Below, piece by piece: positions 25,455 through 39,296 of a DNA stretch of 64,000 bases. The translations under genes and the position numbers were made by a program. The notes below the pieces were generated by a model, which had not been told where the DNA came from, did not search any database, and worked only from the letters and a program-made list of their open reading frames with translations. This DNA is from Stylophora pistillata (taxonomy: Eukaryota): positions 22,129 through 86,128 of the forward strand of contig NW_019218332.1 in NCBI RefSeq assembly GCF_002571385.2. Direction: 5' to 3'. The stretch's first letter is position 1; every line of letters starts with the position of its first letter.

Positions 25455-28069
25455 GATTGTTCTGACTTACTGTATGGTAAATATATCATATAACAAAGGT
25501 ACTTAAAAAAAAGGAACATACACAAATTTTGATTATGTCTGTAAAGTGACAAAAGACGACTGCAGCTTAAGATTTCAAAGGAAATTTAAGAAACATTCCC
25601 ACGGCCCGAAGTGTACAAGACTATTCGTTCTGTTTGATCATAATAGCAGGTAATTTTTTCTGCTCATTTGAAAAGGCAAACAAAATGTGGGACTCCTGAG
25701 TATGGACTAATAAGTATGATAATGTTTTACCCAACCTTCTTTGGGGCTCAGAGCGCATCTTCTATTCAAACCTTTTTCCTACTGGAAGATAATCTTGCAC
25801 CAAAACGAATGTGGAGTGAAATTGATAAAAAAAGGTAGGTGGTAGAAATATGTTTTNNNNNNNNNNNNNNNNNNNNNNNNNNNNNNNNNNNNNNNNNNNN
25901 NNNNNNNNNNNNNNNNNNNNNNNNNNNNNNNNNNNNNNNNNNNNNNNNNNNNNNNNNNNNNNNNNNNNNNNNNNNNNNNNNNNNNNNNNNNNNNNNNNNN
26001 NNNNNNNNNNNNNNNNNNNNNNNNNNNNNNNNNNNNNNNNNNNNNNNNNNNNNNNNNNNNNNNNNNNNNNNNNNNNNNNNNNNNNNNNNNNNNNNNNNNN
26101 NNNNNNNNNNNNNNNNNNNNNNNNNNNNNNNNNNNNNNNNNNNNNNNNNNNNNNNNNNNTTCAGTTTTATTATCATTGATATTTTTAGTCATGTTTTCCA
26201 TGTCTTTGAGAACAAAAAAAGAGTTGACCTGAAATCAAGTCATGTACGCAGTGAAGAACACAACTTTCTGACTAGATTTCAGACGGAACTTATTTTATAT
26301 AGGTGATGCATACTTTAACAATAGTTCTGACGGAATTAGAAGAAATATATACGGAAGAATCTCGTGCAGCCACGATGTAAAGCCGAAGAAAACGATAATT
26401 CATTTTTATGATTATTTCGTGAATTCCCCAGAACCAGTCCTCATTACACTTGCGTCGGCAAAGACAATAATCATTTTCTTGAAGGACTGATTTTAAAACA
26501 TTCGCTACGCCAGATTGCTGAGCCCTGAAATAAATCGAAGCACTATCCATGCAGGTATTATAAACGCGCAGAGTCTCTCAAGGAAAGCTTGGTATCTCAC
26601 AATTAGGACTGTTAATATAAGACAAAAAGTGCGTTACATTAGAATAACAGACTCACCCAACTTTAGCAGTTTTCATCTATTTTTTAACGTTATTGTTGTA
26701 CACTCACCTACTTCATAACTGAAAAGTCTCGATACAGGGTGCCCTTCTTTTGTTCTCGCTAAGTAATAAATTACTTGTAATTCAGTTCAATTCATTATCA
26801 TTATCAGAACTCTGTGGATTAATTGCACAAATAGCAGGCACGTTTTTATCTATCTATTTATTCATTTTTTGTCATTGCATTTCCTGCTAATTTTCAGGTT
26901 TCATGACAGCATAATTTTTCCTTTTTTTCCCAATCTTTTGACCAATTTAACCATTCGAGGAATGCAAAACACCGACTATTTTTAGACAAAAATAAGTCTG
27001 ATAATCGATGGCTGTAGGTTACAATTATTTTTAAATCGCACATTTATTATGACAACAGATGATTTACACCGCAAGGAAATGGCGAACAAACTAAACAGTA
27101 AAGTAAAAACAGCGATCACATTTCACAAATGCATGAACACATGTTGGAAAAATTGCTCTTTCTTGGCTTGGCCCCGGAGATCGTTTCAATCCCCAATGTT
27201 ACAAAGTAAGCCCTACTCTTACCTTTCCTAAGTTTAGTATACAACTGGTTCAACAAATTTCTTATTAATTAAACAAGTCTTCGGCGAACTTCCAAGTGTG
27301 TTTTGTTACAGTATATCTCTCTCTGCGTATAACAACTGATTAAAATAAGCAGACAGAAACTTAGAGAAAAATTTATAGCAGTCGACGTCTGGGAAACACA
27401 TCGCACTTTTCTGAACAGAAAACTAGTTACAATGAATATTGACAAATTATCTTTGAGCTTCTTTAGTATCCTGAGCCCACGAGCTTTGAGGGAGGCGGCA
27501 TAATGTTAATATTGTAGATCAATAAATAAGACTGTAAATAACTGTAAATACTGTGACAGTTAAAAAGGAACGCAATTTCCCTTAGCAAGTTGTAAGATGA
27601 CAACCTTTTCTTTTCCTCACAGATTCTGATCTCGAGTAAAGTTCTTTTCGAACTGAAATAGTAATCACCTCCTACCGCCTTTTGACTCTTTCCTAAATTA
27701 TATCAGAGGACCTAAGAGCGTGACCACAAGAAAACCGGGCAGGGAGCGATAAAGCTTAAATTACCGATCGTATTCCTGAAACTTTCACCTCCCATCTTTG
27801 TATAAAATGAAATTTTTTTTAATCGTTTCTGAGATTTTTCGACATGACACACCGAGGAGTGCCAAAGTGGTGTTGATGGGGAAACGCAGAGATCGTAGCA
27901 ACAGAGAGAGGATTAAAGCAAAGAAAAGTTCTAGAAGGAATTGAGTCCCTACGACAGAAACATCGCGGAATGAGAGTCCTTAACAATTTTGACCACGTTG
28001 AAACATGGAAACCAGTCCTCAACTCCTTCATTGATCATGAAAAAAGACTGTAATAGGCAGTGAATTATC

Positions 28070-28380
28070 GCAAAAGTAGAAGTACTTGACAAACCTCAGA
28101 CTACATTTCCCGCGCAAAAGTAGAAGTACTTGACAGACCTCAGACTACATTTCCCGCGCAAAAGTAGAAGTACTTGACAAACCTCAGACTACATTTCCCG
28201 CGCAAAAGTAGAAGTACTTGACAGACCTCAGACTACATTTCCCGCGCAAAAGTAGAAGTACTTGACAAACCTCAGACTACATTTCCCGTGCAAAAGTAGA
28301 AGTACTTGACAGACCTCAGGCTACATTTCCCGCGCAAAAGTAGAAGTACTTGACAGACCTCAGACTACATTTCCCGCGCA
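28070..28380. repeat. Minisatellite, 7 x 44 bp
   Basis: Unit GCAAAAGTAGAAGTACTTGACA(A/G)ACCTCAGACTACATTTCCCGC, with no unique spacers. Confidence 0.95.
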
Positions 28381-28728
28381 ATTTGACATCGTTTAAACGT
28401 CGTGTAATGATCACGAAACATCATGTGCGGTCACCAAGCTGAAAGACTAAACAATCCGCCAGCAATTAAACAACATTTAAACAACCTGACGGAGACCAGT
28501 AAAACTGGTCGAAATGTCGGTTTTAAAGATATTTTAACCTCGGAAAATCTCAGAAACAATTAAAGAAAATTTTAATTTTTAAATGACCGATTTGGCTCAA
28601 ACTTGGCACAAATGCTAAGTGTCACGAGTTAACAAATGAATGAAAATAATAGGTCAAAATATTTAATTCCCTGGGAGATATGGAGTCCCCCTAGGAAAAT
28701 CCCCCTTTCCTGCATTTTTTTGCGTCAT

Positions 28729-29310
28729 TATGAACAATTATTGGATTCAGTTTTTGTGATATCCGGAATAATCAAGGTCGAGGTAAGTGTTCTTAGCCAA
28801 AGCCGAAGGCTGAGGCTGACAACACTAACCGAGACCTTGATTTTTCCGGATATCACAAAAACCGAATCCAATAATTGTGTTATTATACATTGTTTTAAAG
28901 AAAATAACGCTAAACACATTATCGCAGCGAACACAGTTTATTTTCGAACACTTAAAGATGTACAACTGTGTGGTAAACAAGTTTTCACTTGGGCTAAATT
29001 CCTTTTTGTTGTGTGGTTCCTGGATATTTTTCTATTTAAGGTATTCATAGAACAGTTCCTTCGCTTCTTTTGTCGATCTTTTAGTATTTTCCTAATCTTT
29101 ATCTTCAAGTCATTTCTCAATTTCTCGCTCGGTCGATGAAGCGAATCGAGAAGCCATTCTTACTTCGCTGTCTGTGAACTTGTGCTGAGAGGAGACCAAT
29201 ATATATATATATATATATATATCACCGGCTTTTTTGCTTTGATATTGATGCTGATTTTTGGTTTTTTTTTTTTTGTTTTGTTTTTTTGTTTTTCGGTGAG
29301 CCAGCAACTA
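28729..29310 (-). mobile_element. Hairpin-ended element with decayed Crypton-like (tyrosine recombinase/DUF3504-type) N-terminus
   Basis: Imperfect palindrome at 28734-28878 with a GCCGAAGGC tip. From 29157 the minus strand reads MASRFASSTEREIEK*LEDKD*ENTKRSTKEAKELFYEYLK*KNIQEP. Family assignment is from recalled similarity only. Confidence 0.6.
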
Positions 29311-32300
29311 TCTCAAGCCTGACAAATAACAAGATAACAAGTCGAATATTTTGGTAGCCGTAAATCTTTGTTACATTTTAAACTTTGCAGACTGGAAACA
29401 CAACATGCCAAATGAATACCAAAGTTGACCGCTAAATAAAATTGTAGGCGCGATGTGATCAACGATGACGGATTGCCCTTTTGATTTACATCAACATTTA
29501 GAGCATCAAACTATCTTTTTGCCACTAACGCATATCAAGTAAGTCGATAAGTATCACGTAGTAAAAGACCAATAATTTTGATCGATCTTTCCGAGAGCTC
29601 TCACCGCGTTTAATATTTCAGCAAGGCAACAAAGCAAATCGAGCCTGGTACAGTGTTGACACAATGGCTACTTATCTAACAAATGATATCAAGCCAAAAA
29701 TGGCAACTGAGGCCCCACAGAGACATGTGTGTACTATCAAGTTTCTTCCTAGATTTCTTTTGTCAAAAAGTTCGACTACATGCGCCCTTTATGTTCATCA
29801 TCAACTGCTGCGCTTTCTCGAGAATAATCCAAATATGGCAGCGAAAAAAGTTCTCAAAAAGGGCTCAGCTTGCGCAATTCAAAGATTCTCTCCTCGTTCA
29901 TGTTTAAACGATACTCTCTAAGGAATTCCTTGTAAATTTCAAGTTATTGTAAGTTAATAAAACAAACATGTGGTTTAAGGGGGTTTTAATGATCAGACCA
30001 AAAAGCAGTAGGAGTTAGATGTAAATTTCACGTCAGCATGGGTTATGAAATCAGTTGCCCCAAAATGTTATTACTGATTTTGAAAGTCCAGTGATGGCTT
30101 TTATTGCCCATGTAGAAATAAAGATCAGAAGCGGTTGGTCATCGGAGATACTGGGCCTTGAAATACCCTCATTTGTAGACTTGGACTTGGACTTAGCCGG
30201 ATCAGATGGAAGAGAAGGAAGAGGTTTCTGAAAACTTATTCTTTATCGCCTTAGCTGAAAATTCATTCCACTAGATAAATGAGGTTAGTGGCAGCTCCTA
30301 AATAAATTATTTATACAACAATGGTGACATTAACGTATTTCAATAGCATACGAAAAATTTTAAGACTGATTTCTTGCGAAATATGAGTCCTACATCATTT
30401 TCGAGAAAGCACAAAAATAGCAATTTCACGAAAACATTGTTCACTTTGTTTGATTTATCATGCCGTTAAGTATTCAGCTAACTGCTATTACTTGATCAAC
30501 CCACTAAACCAAGCCAACAATGTTTGAGAAAAAGAATACGAAGTTTACGTGAAAGATAAAGGTGTACCGATGACAAAGTAATCCTCTGGGAAGGGATCGC
30601 ATCTTAATCCAACAAAATTACTAAAACTTCCAGCTCAATTGTTTTACATACAAAATTGAACTGAGACTTCTGCTAATCAGGAAAATAACTTCAACAATGA
30701 AAAGAAAAAGGGAAAACGCAGCATGACTAGTTTCTGTAACTGCATCAGTAATTTGGGACGAATACAACATTTTAATAAGGAATTCAGTCTAAATATTCTG
30801 TCGTTGATGATGCTTTTCCAGAATTTTTTTACTTTAGTTGCGATCTTCAGTACCTAACTTGCTTGGAGACGGTGAGAAAATTGAAATGTTACTTACCGCT
30901 TTACCTGTCCGAAACAACTCTAGCAGGAAAAGAAAAAATTTCTAGCCTAATAGAACCGATGCAGTTTTGGCTTAAACTGTTCTAAAAAGTGGAGAGTTAT
31001 TTTTATCAATTTAAGAGAGATTTTTAAAGGCAAATATTAATTGACGTTAAACTCGCTATATGACGTTATCATCATGACAAATCAGAGATCACAGCCTGTA
31101 GTGTCTCCCTAGGATGAATCTTGAAAACAGACCACCTAAATATAGTACGTATATTTTCTTAAGTCACGCAATGGCAAAACTAATAATGATGCAGAATCTT
31201 CCAACAGCGTGACAGTTAAAATGGAACGCAATTTCCCTTTCCAAGTTGTGAGATGACAGCTTTTTCTTTTCCTCTCAGATTCTGATCTCGAGTAAAGTTC
31301 TTTTTGGACTGAAATAGTAATCACCTCCCACCCTCATTTGACTTTTTCTTTAATTATATCAAAGAGGACTAGAGAATGACAATGAAACTTCGCGCAAGGG
31401 GTTAATTCACCTGTAGATCATTTAGGTCAAAGCTCTAATGAAAATTGGACAATACCTTCTAACGATATTTATTAAGAGAGAATTCACGTTAATAATGCAA
31501 GCTTCATTTCATTATGATACTTATCCAGTTTTAGCATAAAAATGAAGATGATCAACAACATGCAACTTACTTGATCAATATTTTGGGGCCAGTGAAAAGA
31601 AAAGTATGTTAAGGGCGTTTCTTCTCGCAAAAGTGCAAGAAAATATCTCTTATCACCTTTTTTCAATTTGAGAACCCATAGCTTTATCTTAACCAATAGA
31701 TTACGTAATAGAGAGTTTATTGGCAAAGAAATGAATGAAACTCTTTAAACACAGCGAAGATGAAGGGACCCACTGACCCCAGCCGGTCTTCGTGATGTTG
31801 AAAGCTCTGAGTTATCGTTCAGATAGGGAGAGAAGGAAGAGGTTTCTGAAAAACTTATTCTTTACCGTCTTAGCTGAAAATTCATCCCACTGGATAATGA
31901 AGTTAGTGGCAGCTCCTAAATAAGTTATTTATACAATAATGGTGACATAAACGTATTTACATACGAAAATGTCAAGACTGATTTCTTGTTGAATATGAGT
32001 CCTATATCATTTTCGAGAAAGCACAAAAAAATAACAATTTCACGAAAATATTTTTCACAACGCTTAGAGTTATTTTTATCAATTTAAGAGCGAGTTTTAA
32101 AGGCAATATTAATTGACGTTTCTATAAACTCGCCAAATGACGTTATCATCACGACCAATCAGAGATCACAGCCTGTAGTGTCTCCTTAGATAAATCTTGA
32201 AGACAGACCACTCCAAACAGGATATATTTTCTTAAGTCACGCAATGGAAAAACCAATGATGATGCAGAATCTTCCAACAGCGTTGAGGCATATTGGCAAA

Positions 32301-33387
32301 GTGGAGCAAACAGACACTTGCTAATGTTTTCTTTTCATTCAATCAATGCGTTCCTCTAGTTTCTCTCAGAAAAATCGTTAGGAGCATTGTATTCAAATAT
32401 GAAAAAAGTAGAAGTAGTTTTAAAAGCTTCAACACAGGAAAAAGGCCCTAAAGAGTTTGAGGCTTTGAGACGTCAAGTATTTTAAACGGTGATGGTTTAA
32501 CAGTAAACTATAAAACCACTTGGAGTGCGGCCTCGTACATTCATCTGTTTTTTCGGCGTTTGGAATCCCTGATGAAACTCTCGCACTCGTTTTTGATATA
32601 CTATGTCACATTAATATATTCAGCGATAAAGCTTTGTTTTTTAGAGTGATTTTATAGTTTCGGGGATGTGTGAGCATGATTTTTTCCTCTCTTCATCTAC
32701 GTCCAAGCGTTATTGGAAGCTACACACAGGGTGTGGTACTACAACAAATAATTGCAACGTTAAGACATTTTTTTTGTCATTTAATCAAAAAAGCACACCT
32801 GGTTATTACTATAACACAAGGAAAAGACAGCAATTTGCTTTCACAAGATTTTACAATTCGCAGCTTTACTCCATGCTAACTTTTATCAATATAGGAGCGA
32901 GTGTTAATGGCAGGGACTAGTTGCATTTTTCCATAAACCCGCTGAATAACTTCATCACTGTGGCAGATGATATTTATCACAACTCCTACGGTTATTCCTG
33001 AGCATCAATCACGGAAAACGAATTACACGAAAAGATCTTCCTTGAACGGAATCTGCGGTTCATGCGCGTTAGCTATGTATTTGTTCAACTGCTACCATTT
33101 CGCCCTCGGGTGTATCAATAATCAATCTCTCAAGAATATCATTTTCCACCACCACCAGAAAAAACTAAATATAATGTCATTATCATAATATAATTTCTTT
33201 GTTTCCATCGTTCTTCACGTCAAATAAAAGAGACACCAAGTATGGCGCGTATATAACAAATTTTAATATAAGTTAATTATTAAAGTAACAACTGATTGAA
33301 TAAAACGGCAAATTTCAATTTCGTTAACGTCCTTGTCCAAAGGAGGCTTTTATAAGATCACACGATGCCAGCTGGGGCTGGTTCTAT

Positions 33388-33700
33388 TTAACAATTGGTT
33401 CTGCTTTAGCGTGCACTATCGAGTTATAGAGCACGCGGGAAGTTTGGAGAGCACGAAAGAAACATAAGAGTTGCCCGAGGCAATAGCCTCGGGCAACTCT
33501 AGCTTCTTGAGTACTCTCCAAACTTCCCACGTGCTCCATAACTCGATAGTGTACAGCTGAAGGCATGAACCAATTGTTTTAGAACATAGCCGGTGGAATT
33601 GTGCATCAAATCCGACGCGAAAAGCGGACAACAATATCAATTGAAGCGAATCGTGACGGCGCTGATGCTAATAAAAAATAAATAACTCTAAATAAAAAAA
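33388..33700. mobile_element. Hairpin-ended non-autonomous DNA element
   Basis: ~190-bp imperfect palindrome at 33391-33578 (AACAATTGGTTC...GAACCAATTGTT). Absent at the paralogous site near 18780. Confidence 0.75.
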
Positions 33701-33884
33701 AAATTCTAAACACTATCCATGCAGGTATTATAAACGCGCAGAGTCTCTCAAGGAAAACCTCAGTGGTATCTTACAATTAGGACTTGCTGTTAATATAAGA
33801 CAAAAAGTGCGGAAGAAAACTGAAACGGAAGTATCGTAGTTTTCAGTTGTTAATGTTAATTAGATAATATGACTTACATTAGGA

Positions 33885-34760
33885 GACTTTTCACCTGGTT
33901 GTCGACATGTGATGAAAGCGAAGATGAATACAACAAGTAACTATGTGAGTCTGAGTTTTGTCATACACAGCGAACAGCGCATTGACTACTGTCTTCAATT
34001 GAAACTTTGATATCTAAAAACGCCAAAGAAGAAAAAGGAATGGAATTCTTGACACCTGATGGATGCGAAGATATATGCAACAAGTAACTATGTGACAGTA
34101 ACAGGTTTGTACACACTGAGTAACACATAGACCGTTGCCTTCAATTGGAACTTTGATATAAAAAAAACCAAAGAAGTATCGGAAATTTATATAATATATA
34201 TTTTAGGGCCGGGTGAGGGGAATTGGCAGCGGTAATAAATTGAGTTAACTCCTCTCTGGTAGAAGAGGTAGCATCGATACAGTCGTCAATGTAGTGACCG
34301 TGGAGTTCAGGTTTGAGGCCGTTGTATTGACTGAAAAGCTGAAGTTCGATAAAACTTAGGAAAAGATTGCGGGCGTAGCTGGGTCCCATCTTGGTGCGAA
34401 TGGCTACGCCATCAGTTTGTTTTAAATATTTGTCCCCGAATGAAAAGCAGTTGAGTGTTGGACAAGTTCGGCTGAGCGGAGTAGTGTTTTAGGGCTAGGT
34501 TTCTTAACAGAACGTTCATCAAAAGAAGTCTTTTAGGGCCATGAGACCCTCGCCGTAGGGAAGGACGGCATAAAGAGATATAAAATCCATAGTGATAAGA
34601 AGTTTGTCTTAGCCAAGAAAATTAAAATCTCGAAAAATTTAAAGTACGTTTTGCCTGTCTTTAAGGCATGACGGTGAAGTTTATTCTAAGTAGCTGGAAA
34701 TAAGTTCGGTGAGACAACAGCAAGTAAAGACAATGGGTCGACCTGGGTTGATAGGTTTCT
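33885..34760 (-). mobile_element. Penelope-like element reverse transcriptase fragment (decayed)
   Basis: KPINPGRPIV...TELISSYL, TMDFISLY..LP, NCFSFGDKYLKQTDGVAIRTKMGPSYA, HYIDD and DSHSYLLYSSS, with stops and frameshifts. Confidence 0.85.
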
Positions 34761-35653
34761 TAAGAAGATGTCAACGAACTTGTGCGCGCGACTCGCGTGC
34801 AACGAACTTGTGCGCGCGACTCGCGTGCGCATGCTTTGGGATTACGTAAGTTAAAATATCGAAAGAAAATCACGGAGACCTTTTTATTTGTGACGTGTGC
34901 AAGTTTCTGAGAGAGGAGTTGAAAGTTTTTTAGTTTATCGAGTGGCAATTTGCTTGGCGGACGTCGCCGTTTACCGCGAGTTTACCGTTTATCATGTTGG
35001 AATAAACGTTTTCGTTTCCGAACAAAGTTAGTGAACTTTAGGTAATTTACAAGGTTATAGATAAGTTCATTGCTAGCGTACTAAACAGGTTTTTTTAAAG
35101 CACAAAAGTCAAAGAATGTTAATTTATTTTATTTCATCGTTTTCTAATTGTTTTTACCTATTTATTTATTTTTCTGCACTGTTGTTCCAGAATAATGCTT
35201 CATCATTTTTCTCACTTTTATGCTCGAAACTATTGTAGTATAATGTGGACAACGCTACCTAAGGGTTTGGCATGTACAGTGTAAATACAAACGACGGCTC
35301 GAGTTGAACTGCAAACAGGAACCGAAGTTATTGTCAAGATGGCCACGAGACGTATCAGCGAGCCAAATGCAATTACATTTATTTTAATTGAGCGACTATA
35401 CTCGTTTCTTCTGATCACGATAAAACTGCAAGCTGGCCCATAACAGTCCTGCAACGCGAATGGCAGATCCCGCGAGATTCGAGACGGCGAACGAGGCGAG
35501 CCTACGAGAGGTCTACGGACTGAGTCCAATCTAACTCTAAATTTCTTTACTATCTCGGTCCCCGCTTGTTCTTTGCGGGCAGAATTCAACTTATTGCACC
35601 AATTTTTGTCCCTCCTTTTGCATGCCATCTGAAGTGGATACTAGACTTATCGC

Positions 35654-38468
35654 TTACGGTTTGATTCGCATGGTAGATACGACGGTAGGTTGTGTGACAG
35701 CGTCAGTGGGATCATTGGTATTATTGGTTGACTCACTGAAGTCCCCAATTCGGTTTCTGCAGGTCTTTCCGCAGCATAGCAGACTTTTGACTTTACTTCG
35801 AAATCTCTGGTTAACGAAGACGTAAATAAAAGGATTCACAGTAGAATTGCACGTGACCAGAACGATACTTGTGATGTAAGTAACATCTCCATAGTTCTGC
35901 GAAGGACTGAAGTAGTTCAAGGCGTAAATAATCAGGTTTGGCAACCAGCATATACCATAAATTACACTCACGACAAGTACCATTTTGGTGACACGTCTTG
36001 TCACCCTTATCACGCCCTGAATAAGCAGAGAATAAACAAGTTTTACCTTCTCATCTACATCACGTGTAAAGAGCATCGATATCGATCAGATAACTTGTGT
36101 CCTGTAAATATCGCAGGGCTTAAATTTTTCGGAAGGGCATTGACTAAGTTTTTCGCAATCAAACGACAGCTGTTCAAAATGATTGGAACCACTATAACTT
36201 CTGAGTGAAATTTTCTGTTCAAGGAATTACGAGAAGCCTCATATTTTCAAATGGTCTGACTTGCGAAGTCTTTTAGAGCTCGAGGGGTACTACAAGGTGG
36301 ATATTTTGAGTGATTCCTTCGTGAACTAACACTTAACTCGCCTATGGGCTTCTTTTTTTTAACCTAATTTTTTTTTTTTTTTGTTATTTTGAGTGGATAC
36401 CTATCTTATAACCAACTCTTATCCTAAACAATGAATCCTTCACGCCATGTCATTTTTTGCCTTTGGCGTCAGTGGTCAATCGTATGAAAACAAATCCTGA
36501 ATCACTTTTAAGTTGCAATTGGCCTCGATGCACAACAAAAAATGACAAATGCAGAAAGAGATGTACCTTTCAAACGCATCGTCATATGCTGGAAAATCAT
36601 ACTAATGGTTGGATTATCAATAAGTCGAGAGAGTGTGGAATTAATACCTGCCGGGTATTTTGTGTGATGTTTTCTACAGTGCCATCCTCTTTTTTGAACC
36701 AGAGCGCATATACTACTTTGGAATACAACATAATCATCAGCAGTATTGGGATAAGTCCAGCAACAAAGAACCAAGTGGAGCTATATGCCTTGGGAAGCCA
36801 GTCAGATGGAGGCCAGTATTCCATGCAGAAGTTTTTTTTCTTGTCAAAATATATTGTCAGGAATAGAGGGATGTTGAGAATAACTGCACCAATCCATGAT
36901 AACGGAATGATGACCTGTTGATAAAATAAGAATTATGAGATAGCTATATAAATAGTTTAGTCAAAAAGTGTAAAACGTCAGAAGCGAAAAAGGCACGAAA
37001 GATGAAAGGAATCGATTAAACCAAAACCATTTCTTGATATGGATTTACAAAATTAATAATGGTAATGGAACTGAGATTATATGCGTGAGTATGCATATGA
37101 GTATGAAACTCTACCTTTAGTTTATTGTACGTAAGTTTCCCTTTGTTTCCATAAGGATACATCACAGCATAATATCGTTCAAACGCAATTACCACAAGTG
37201 TAAAGACTGATGCAGCACCACCAGTCCAAGTAAGGTTTCCCCCAGTCAGAAGCCTGCAGACCCATGTCCCTGCTTGTCCATCTGGATGTTCGAAGGTGTG
37301 AATCAAAATAAAGCGCGGCGCGATGAACGAGGCCACCATGGCATCTGCCACCGCCAAGTTTAGAAGTAGGAAGTTCGTGGGGGTTCTGAAAAATCATTAA
37401 TAATAATATCATTACCGGTAAATTGTTCAACATCATTCTCCTACACTTTATACTGACCACAGTTGACATGACTTCAGACAGTAAGTCTGTTTAACACTCC
37501 AAATACACCATCACTAACCTATTACGGTCAAATATGGCACTAATATGCTACATTGCAGTGAATATGTACTTCTCCATTGTCTCTTCCGTAATATTTGGTT
37601 AATATTAACGTCACTCACCCATATTTCCATCAAAACTACAATCTAACGTATTATGTTTACTACAAACTGGACTTCAATATCAATCAAAAGAATCCGAATA
37701 GCTAACATAATAATGACCAATCACGTAACATGATAAAATTCAAAATTTTCTTGTTTGTGGTTTTTTTTGGAAATGATTAACCAGCTATGGTCTACTTCTT
37801 GAATGGAAACCTTACCAATATAGGAACAGTGACTCGAGTGTAATTTTTGGAGAAGTATCACTTAAATCATGAAACTCGTGAATATCACATAAACGTTGCA
37901 ATGAAAATATCTAGTTGGATGAATTTGAAAGTATTGCTGGTAGGCTATTTTAGGTGAGCTGGTTTGGGAAAGTTACTGGGAACAAAAGGCGAAAGCAGTA
38001 AAACGCTGCTAACTCCAGACCTCCCCCCCCCCCCCCGTAATCGAACAAGATCCGGTCTCCTTGACCCCCTTTTCAGTCATTTTCTATCAGCTAACTCGAA
38101 CCCATTTTAACTCGAGCCATCTTCTGCTTCGGCTTTGAAAGTTCATCGAGTTCAAGCTACCAGGGTTTTACTGAAGCAATCTACTCATCTTAAAATAGGT
38201 ATTAGTTGTGAGCAATATTGTAAAATAACTCATGTAAGTGTTACAACAGCCATTGGTTGTTTAAGTTACATTTTGTGAAAAGAGATAAACCGACTATGAG
38301 TGAAAGCATTCGAAGTCACAGTGTAGTCTTGGCGAAATACCTCATATCCCGGTACAAAATAATAACCAGAGCCACGATTGTGTTACCAATGAGATTCGTG
38401 CTGACCAGAATGGATAGTATGGTAGTGATCCCAATCTGTGCTGAATCTGAATCCGTGTACAGCGGCAT
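35654..38468 (-). CDS. Class A GPCR, neuropeptide-receptor-like, paralogue 5, 342 aa (5' part identical to paralogue 4)
   Basis: Exons 38468-38341, 37385-37115, 36914-36648 and 36016-35654, GT-AG, same motifs as paralogue 4. May be chimeric in the assembly. Confidence 0.88.
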
Positions 38469-39296
38469 GATTGTTCTGACTTACTGTATGGTAAATATAT
38501 CATATAACAAAGGTACTTAAAAAAAAGGAACATACACAAATTTTGATTATGTCTGTAAAGTGACAAAAGACGACTGCAGCTTAAGATTTCAAAGGAAATT
38601 TAAGAAACATTCCCACGGCCCGAAGTGTACAAGACTATTCGTTCTGTTTGATCATAATAGCAGGTAATTTTTTCTGCTCATTTGAAAAGGCAAACAAAAT
38701 GTGGGACTCCTGAGTATGGACTAATAAGTATGATAATGTTTTACCCAACCTTCTTTGGGGCTCAGAGCGCATCTTCTATTCAAACCTTTTTCCTACTGGA
38801 AGATAATCTTGCACCAAAACGAATGTGGAGTGAAATTGATAAAAAAAGGTAGGTGGTAGAAATATGTTTTNNNNNNNNNNNNNNNNNNNNNNNNNNNNNN
38901 NNNNNNNNNNNNNNNNNNNNNNNNNNNNNNNNNNNNNNNNNNNNNNNNNNNNNNNNNNNNNNNNNNNNNNNNNNNNNNNNNNNNNNNNNNNNNNNNNNNN
39001 NNNNNNNNNNNNNNNNNNNNNNNNNNNNNNNNNNNNNNNNNNNNNNNNNNNNNNNNNNNNNNNNNNNNNNNNNNNNNNNNNNNNNNNNNNNNNNNNNNNN
39101 NNNNNNNNNNNNNNNNNNNNNNNNNNNNNNNNNNNNNNNNNNNNNNNNNNNNNNNNNNNNNNNNNNNNNNNNNNNNNNNNNNNNNNNNNNNNNNNNNNNN
39201 NNNNNNNNNNNNNNNNNNNNNNNNNNNNNNNNNNNNNNNNNNNNNNNNNNNNNNNNNNNNNNNNNNNNNNNNNNNNNNNNNNNNNNNNNNNNNNNN

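Noticed and set aside
28070-28380. Possible CRISPR array
   Set aside because: Units are contiguous near-identical repeats with no unique spacers, there are no cas genes, and the context is eukaryotic.
28636-29139. 167-aa plus-strand ORF
   Set aside because: It runs through a palindrome and antisense to the decayed Crypton-like frame.
35230-35628. 132-aa ORF shared with 22386-22667 as a novel gene
   Set aside because: It lies in duplicated 3'UTR sequence, the frame is truncated in the other copy, and there is no recognisable domain.
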